Assembly: GCA_973895155.1 (NCBI GenBank)
Contig: OZ316898.1
Span: 19,541,292 to 19,605,291, forward strand
Length of the DNA stretch: 64,000 nucleotides
Source: Marsupella aquatica
Lineage: Eukaryota; Plantae; Marchantiophyta
Direction of reading: 5' to 3'
Shown: positions 59,668-64,000 of the stretch, in pieces
Numbering within the stretch: position 1 is the stretch's first letter
How the letters are laid out: every line of letters starts with the position of its first letter
Translations under genes and position numbers: made by a program
Notes under the pieces: model-generated
Seen by the model: only the letters and a program-made list of their open reading frames with translations
Database searches by the model: none
What the model was told of the DNA's origin: nothing

Positions 59668-62600
59668 GAGGATTTTAAGATTATTTGATACAGTTTCGCC
59701 TTCTCAGCGCTTTAATTTGTGCTATCAGATTCACAATTATATAAGCGAAGTTGTTGTTGTATTTAAGTAGAGTCTCTGCTGAAAGCCTCCTTGTCAATCA
59801 TTAAATACTCTCCAACCCTGGATGCTGGGTTCCAAGCTAGTATTTCATTCTGCCATGTCGATCAAGCAGTTTAGAGTATTTTTGCACTCTCGATTATCGT
59901 TAGCTGCACCACTGCCATGAGTTGTTTGGCTTAGTCTACGTAGTATCAGGTGGCATCATTTTCCGCATTTGCAGGTTGATCGATAACACAAATCCTTAAC
60001 GAGGTTCATCTTAAAATCTTGATATATGTGTTTGTCAATTTTGCACATTTCAGGAGTTCTGTTGGCGTGCGACAGGTAACGATTTCATTGATTCTGTCAA
60101 CCAGAAGTGACTACGTACATAAATAGGCTCTTCATCAGATCTTGGAGAAGAATTTGAACAGCCTCAAAGGAGACTGCTCTCTTGAACGACTTCAATTGTG
60201 CTACAGCGCATGACTAACGCTCTTTGTCGACAAGTTGCACTCCAAGCCAGTAGCGGAGTCGCCGACTCGGTAAGCCGACCATACCAATTCCATTTGTGGG
60301 AAGTTTATATTTACCATTACAAACCACACTAACTTTCGAGAAGGAAGCCAGAAAGCAAGCTTCGGGTTTCCGCACCTTCCTATGCGAATCTCTGAAATCG
60401 ATGCAGTTGCAGTAGACTCGCGTCCGCGTAGGTACTAATAAATCAACGTGAGAGAGCTTTGGAAACCAATTATTCAGTTTTCAGCCCATCACTTCAATGA
60501 AATGGCTTCCAAAGGTCTCCGCAACATGTTACATTAATATTCTCATGATGCATGATGGTCAGAAATGACAGCCCTACGTTTCCTATGAAAACATTTAAGT
60601 ATGGCTGTCTGAATAAATAGGGGTGAATATCACTTCAATTGAAGGTGTCTATCTGTTGCTTTTTAAGCCATCTCTCCCTGATGCAGCGTAGCCGGTCTAT
60701 ACTAGCACGCACTTTTTCTAGCTACGATCGTAACTTGGTGACTCACAACTTTCACTAGCACCATCGTGCAAGACCTGCCTGTCAAAATGTCTACGAGACG
60801 TCCGACGATATGTTGGGGATTCTCAAGACCAAGAGGAGGGTTCCAACAGCTTTCTATGATTTCAATAGGCTTCCATTTGAACCTTGTCAACTCAATGCAT
60901 GAATGTGAGATAATTTTGGAAGCCGTTCGAATTGCAAGAACCTGGAGAATAGACTTTAATTGATTCTAACTTGTTGGCACCCCGAGCAGCAGATAGGAAC
61001 GTACGTAGCGAGACTGCACTGCACGGAAGAAAATGTGTACAGCTCTTCCAGCGCTCTTTGCGTTCTCAATGGGCTCTCGACGGATCTCCATCGTGCTCCT
61101 CTGGCTTTTGTTTGTGGCCCGTGTGGATGCTCAGAATGGGAGCATTACCGAAGTTCAGACTCTTGTGAAGTTCAAATATTTGACGGCCTTAGATACTTGG
61201 GTATTAACCAGAGGGTACTATAGTACGTGGAAGGACACAGACCAAAGTCCCTGTTCTTGGTGGGGAGTAAGTTGCTCGGAAAATTTCACGGTAACGAGGC
61301 TTATGCTTTCGGGTTGGCGATTGACGGGACTGCCAAGTCTCGGAGTTTTGTCGAACCTTACCGATCTTCGCGAGTTGGATTTGTCATGGAATAATTTCAG
61401 AAGTAGTGTCGGTGCTTTAAGCATTAGCATTCCTGACGACATCGGATCCTTGGTTGCGCTTACTCACCTTTCCCTTGCATATAACCAGTTCTCAGGTCCG
61501 ATACCTAGTAACATTTCTGCCTGCCGCAGCCTACAGTACCTAAATATGGGATACAATGAACTTACCGGTGTGCTCCCCGATCTGAGCGTCTTGCGCAACC
61601 TACAGTTTCTCTACGCCGAAGGCAATCAACTTAGTGGCCCTTTGCCGCAATGGCTAGGGCAATTACACAGCCTTCAGGCGGTGAAACTGTCGGGTAACAA
61701 TTTTACTGGTAAAGTCCCCTCTCTTTCGAACCTAACCGAGCTATTGGAGATAGTACTTGATGGCAACGCCTTTACGGGGTTTGAAGAGCCAGTGTTCCCA
61801 GGTTCAAAGAGTTTAGAGAACTTGTCCGTGCAGGGCAATCAACTAGGGGGTCCGATTCCACCTAGCATTACTAATTTTCGGAATATGAGGATCCTTAATA
61901 TGTCCAACAACCAACTCATTGGCCAGATCCCTCGTGGGTTTGTGCTAAATATGAGCCAAGCCATCTGGTTGGATTTATCTTATAATCAACTCACGGGAAA
62001 CATCCCTTCGAATTTGCTGCAGCCTACTACCATTGCCGTTTATATGCCCATCTTGAGGCTCTCAAACAATCGTCTGACTGGTTCGATACCATTCGATGGA
62101 ACCCAGCAATACCATTACGATACCTTAGATTTTAGTAACAATAAGCTGAGTGGATCAATTCCTTCCATTTGCAACAATGGAAGTAGCCTTTTCTCCCACT
62201 TTTGGCTTCAAAACAACCAGCTAGAAGGAGACATTGTCGATTTTCTCGCGCACTCTTATTCTTGTATAGTGGACTTGCAAGTAGCAAACAATTCCTTCAG
62301 TGGGGATCTGTCGAGAATAACTTCTATCAGTGAGACTAGTATGGATTTGGTTAGGAAGCGATCGCTACTACAAACCGTAGACCTCAGCAACAACAGTTTT
62401 TGGATGAGTACCACAGAAGCCAATCCTGATCCATTGAGGGTTTTGCTGGAGTTTTTTGTGCTCAATACATCTGTGACGAATTTTCGAATCCCAGGGAACA
62501 ATTTCTCCGGAATTCGTCTACCTGCATACTTCTCCGTCGCGGCAGATTCCCTCAATTTTCTGGATTTAAGTCACAATCATCTGATGGGGAACATATCTGA

Positions 62601-64000
62601 CGCAGCATTCAACAGCAGATGGTTCCCGGCAGTCCAATCTTTGAACTTGTCTAACAATGACTTGACGGGACCAATCCCGGAAGCCATTGTCATGCTTCCG
62701 AAAATAGTGCTTCTTGATCTCTCCAACAATAGTCTATCTGGGTCGTTTCCTTCCATACTGCCAGCAAGTATCAAGCTTCTCTTTGCAGGCAATGATGGAC
62801 TTTGCGGTGGTCCCTTACGAGCTTGTACGCAAGCGACACGTTCACAATGGTGGATATTGGTCGTTGGAATTGGGGGTTCTATTATAATAGTTGTGTTAAG
62901 TTGTTTGGTTGTTGCGTGGCGATGGAGAGTGTACCGCAAAATGCACCAACAAGATGCTGATTTAATCAAAACACTGCTGGAGAGAGAATCAGCATCGTTG
63001 ATGTCCCTTCGCGAGCTGAAGAAAGCGACAAACAACTTTGCTGAGGATTCACAAATAGGAGAGGGAGGCTTTGGGACTGTCTACACAGGCAAACTTAATG
63101 ACGGAACCAAAGTGGCCATCAAGAGAAGCAAGTTCGAAGGATTGGAGAAGGACAAACAACGATTCTTGAACGAGGTCAGGATATTGTCCCAAGTAAACCA
63201 CCGTCATCTTGTGAAGCTCCTCGGTTGTTGCATGGAGAACAAGATTGCTTTGCTTGTCTTTGAATTTGTTTCAAATGGCACACTCCAAGAACATCTTCAA
63301 GGAAAGACTGAGGGTATACATTTGAGCTGGAAACAACGGCTTCAGATTGCGATTCAAACAGCAGATTCTCTAAACTATCTTCATTCAGCTGCAAGTTTCC
63401 CAATTTATCATCGGGATGTCAAGTCGGCCAACATACTGTTAGACAAGGATCTTAATGCCAAAGTGGCAGATTTTGGAATCTCGAAGTTGGCTCCCCTCGA
63501 AGCGACGCATGTTTCAACAGTTGCAATCCAAGGCACCATGGGCTATATGGATCCCGAATACTACACCTCCTACAAACTAACCGATAAAAGTGACGTGTAC
63601 AGCTTTGGTGTGGTCCTATTGGAACTCATCTCAGCAAAGGCTGTCATAGACTTTATGAGGGGTGAAGAAAAAACCAGTTTGGTGAATTTTGCAAGCATAC
63701 ACGTCGAGAATGGGGACTTGCAAGAACTGATCGATCAGGCTCTTCTGGAGACCTACAATGATTCGACCGGTAATGGCAGGGAGTCAATCTTGAATGTGGG
63801 CAGGCTAGCTCTGAAGTGTCTGCAGATACGATCCAAGGCCAGACCAAGCATGCACGAGGTGTGGAAAGAGCTGCAAGATATATGGCTGGCGCTTTCATGC
63901 ACGTCCGAGGAATTGTGCTCTATTAATGATGAAAATAATGACATACTGCACAATTACGCAATTATCCTATCTGAATCTTCCCCTTCTGGATCTTCCCCTT
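59668..64000. repeat. Copy 2 of the segmental duplication (partner of 925 onward), running off the window
   Basis: Near-identity to 925-5265 with a few small upstream indels. Confidence 0.97.
61033..64000 (+). CDS. LRR-RLK paralog (copy 2), 3' end outside the window
   Basis: ATG at 61033 corresponds to 2298. It is colinear with copy 1 and no indel or stop was seen; it is absent from the ORF track because its stop lies beyond 64000. Confidence 0.93.
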   Translation, partial: MCTALPALFAFSMGSRRISIVLLWLLFVARVDAQNGSITEVQTLVKFKYLTALDTWVLTRGYYSTWKDTDQSPCSWWGVSCSENFTVTRLMLSGWRLTGLPSLGVLSNLTDLRELDLSWNNFRSSVGALSISIPDDIGSLVALTHLSLAYNQFSGPIPSNISACRSLQYLNMGYNELTGVLPDLSVLRNLQFLYAEGNQLSGPLPQWLGQLHSLQAVKLSGNNFTGKVPSLSNLTELLEIVLDGNAFTGFEEPVFPGSKSLENLSVQGNQLGGPIPPSITNFRNMRILNMSNNQLIGQIPRGFVLNMSQAIWLDLSYNQLTGNIPSNLLQPTTIAVYMPILRLSNNRLTGSIPFDGTQQYHYDTLDFSNNKLSGSIPSICNNGSSLFSHFWLQNNQLEGDIVDFLAHSYSCIVDLQVANNSFSGDLSRITSISETSMDLVRKRSLLQTVDLSNNSFWMSTTEANPDPLRVLLEFFVLNTSVTNFRIPGNNFSGIRLPAYFSVAADSLNFLDLSHNHLMGNISDAAFNSRWFPAVQSLNLSNNDLTGPIPEAIVMLPKIVLLDLSNNSLSGSFPSILPASIKLLFAGNDGLCGGPLRACTQATRSQWWILVVGIGGSIIIVVLSCLVVAWRWRVYRKMHQQDADLIKTLLERESASLMSLRELKKATNNFAEDSQIGEGGFGTVYTGKLNDGTKVAIKRSKFEGLEKDKQRFLNEVRILSQVNHRHLVKLLGCCMENKIALLVFEFVSNGTLQEHLQGKTEGIHLSWKQRLQIAIQTADSLNYLHSAASFPIYHRDVKSANILLDKDLNAKVADFGISKLAPLEATHVSTVAIQGTMGYMDPEYYTSYKLTDKSDVYSFGVVLLELISAKAVIDFMRGEEKTSLVNFASIHVENGDLQELIDQALLETYNDSTGNGRESILNVGRLALKCLQIRSKARPSMHEVWKELQDIWLALSCTSEELCSINDENNDILHNYAIILSESSPSGSSP

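Overview
Eukaryotic DNA from a green plant, probably a non-seed land plant (inferred from gene content; the species cannot be determined here). Two near-identical, intronless LRR receptor-like kinase genes with WAK-type kinase domains bracket the window: 2298-5327 and 61033 to beyond the window end. The duplicated block starts at 925 and at 59668. Between them is a nest of transposons. (1) A decayed minus-strand Ty3/Gypsy retrotransposon reads gag - protease - C5 cytosine DNA methyltransferase - RT - RNase H - integrase - PHD finger. (2) An intronless alpha/beta-hydrolase-like gene and an ISA2-type isoamylase pseudogene fragment. (3) Non-autonomous Helitron-like repeats and several MITE-like elements with readable TIRs and TSDs. 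(4) A pogo/Tigger-type DD33D transposon carries its own BRCT ORF and is split inside its transposase by (5) a ~17 kb CACTA element. The CACTA has an apparently intact 3-exon transposase, a TnpA-like gene, and a co-oriented cargo cassette: a PHD-like finger, an EDM2-type composite PHD, a tandem BRCT protein resembling the DNA polymerase lambda BRCT, and an F-box-only protein. The main theme is that three unrelated transposon classes carry chromatin writer/reader or DNA-repair modules. All homology calls come from motif recognition by eye; no searches were run.
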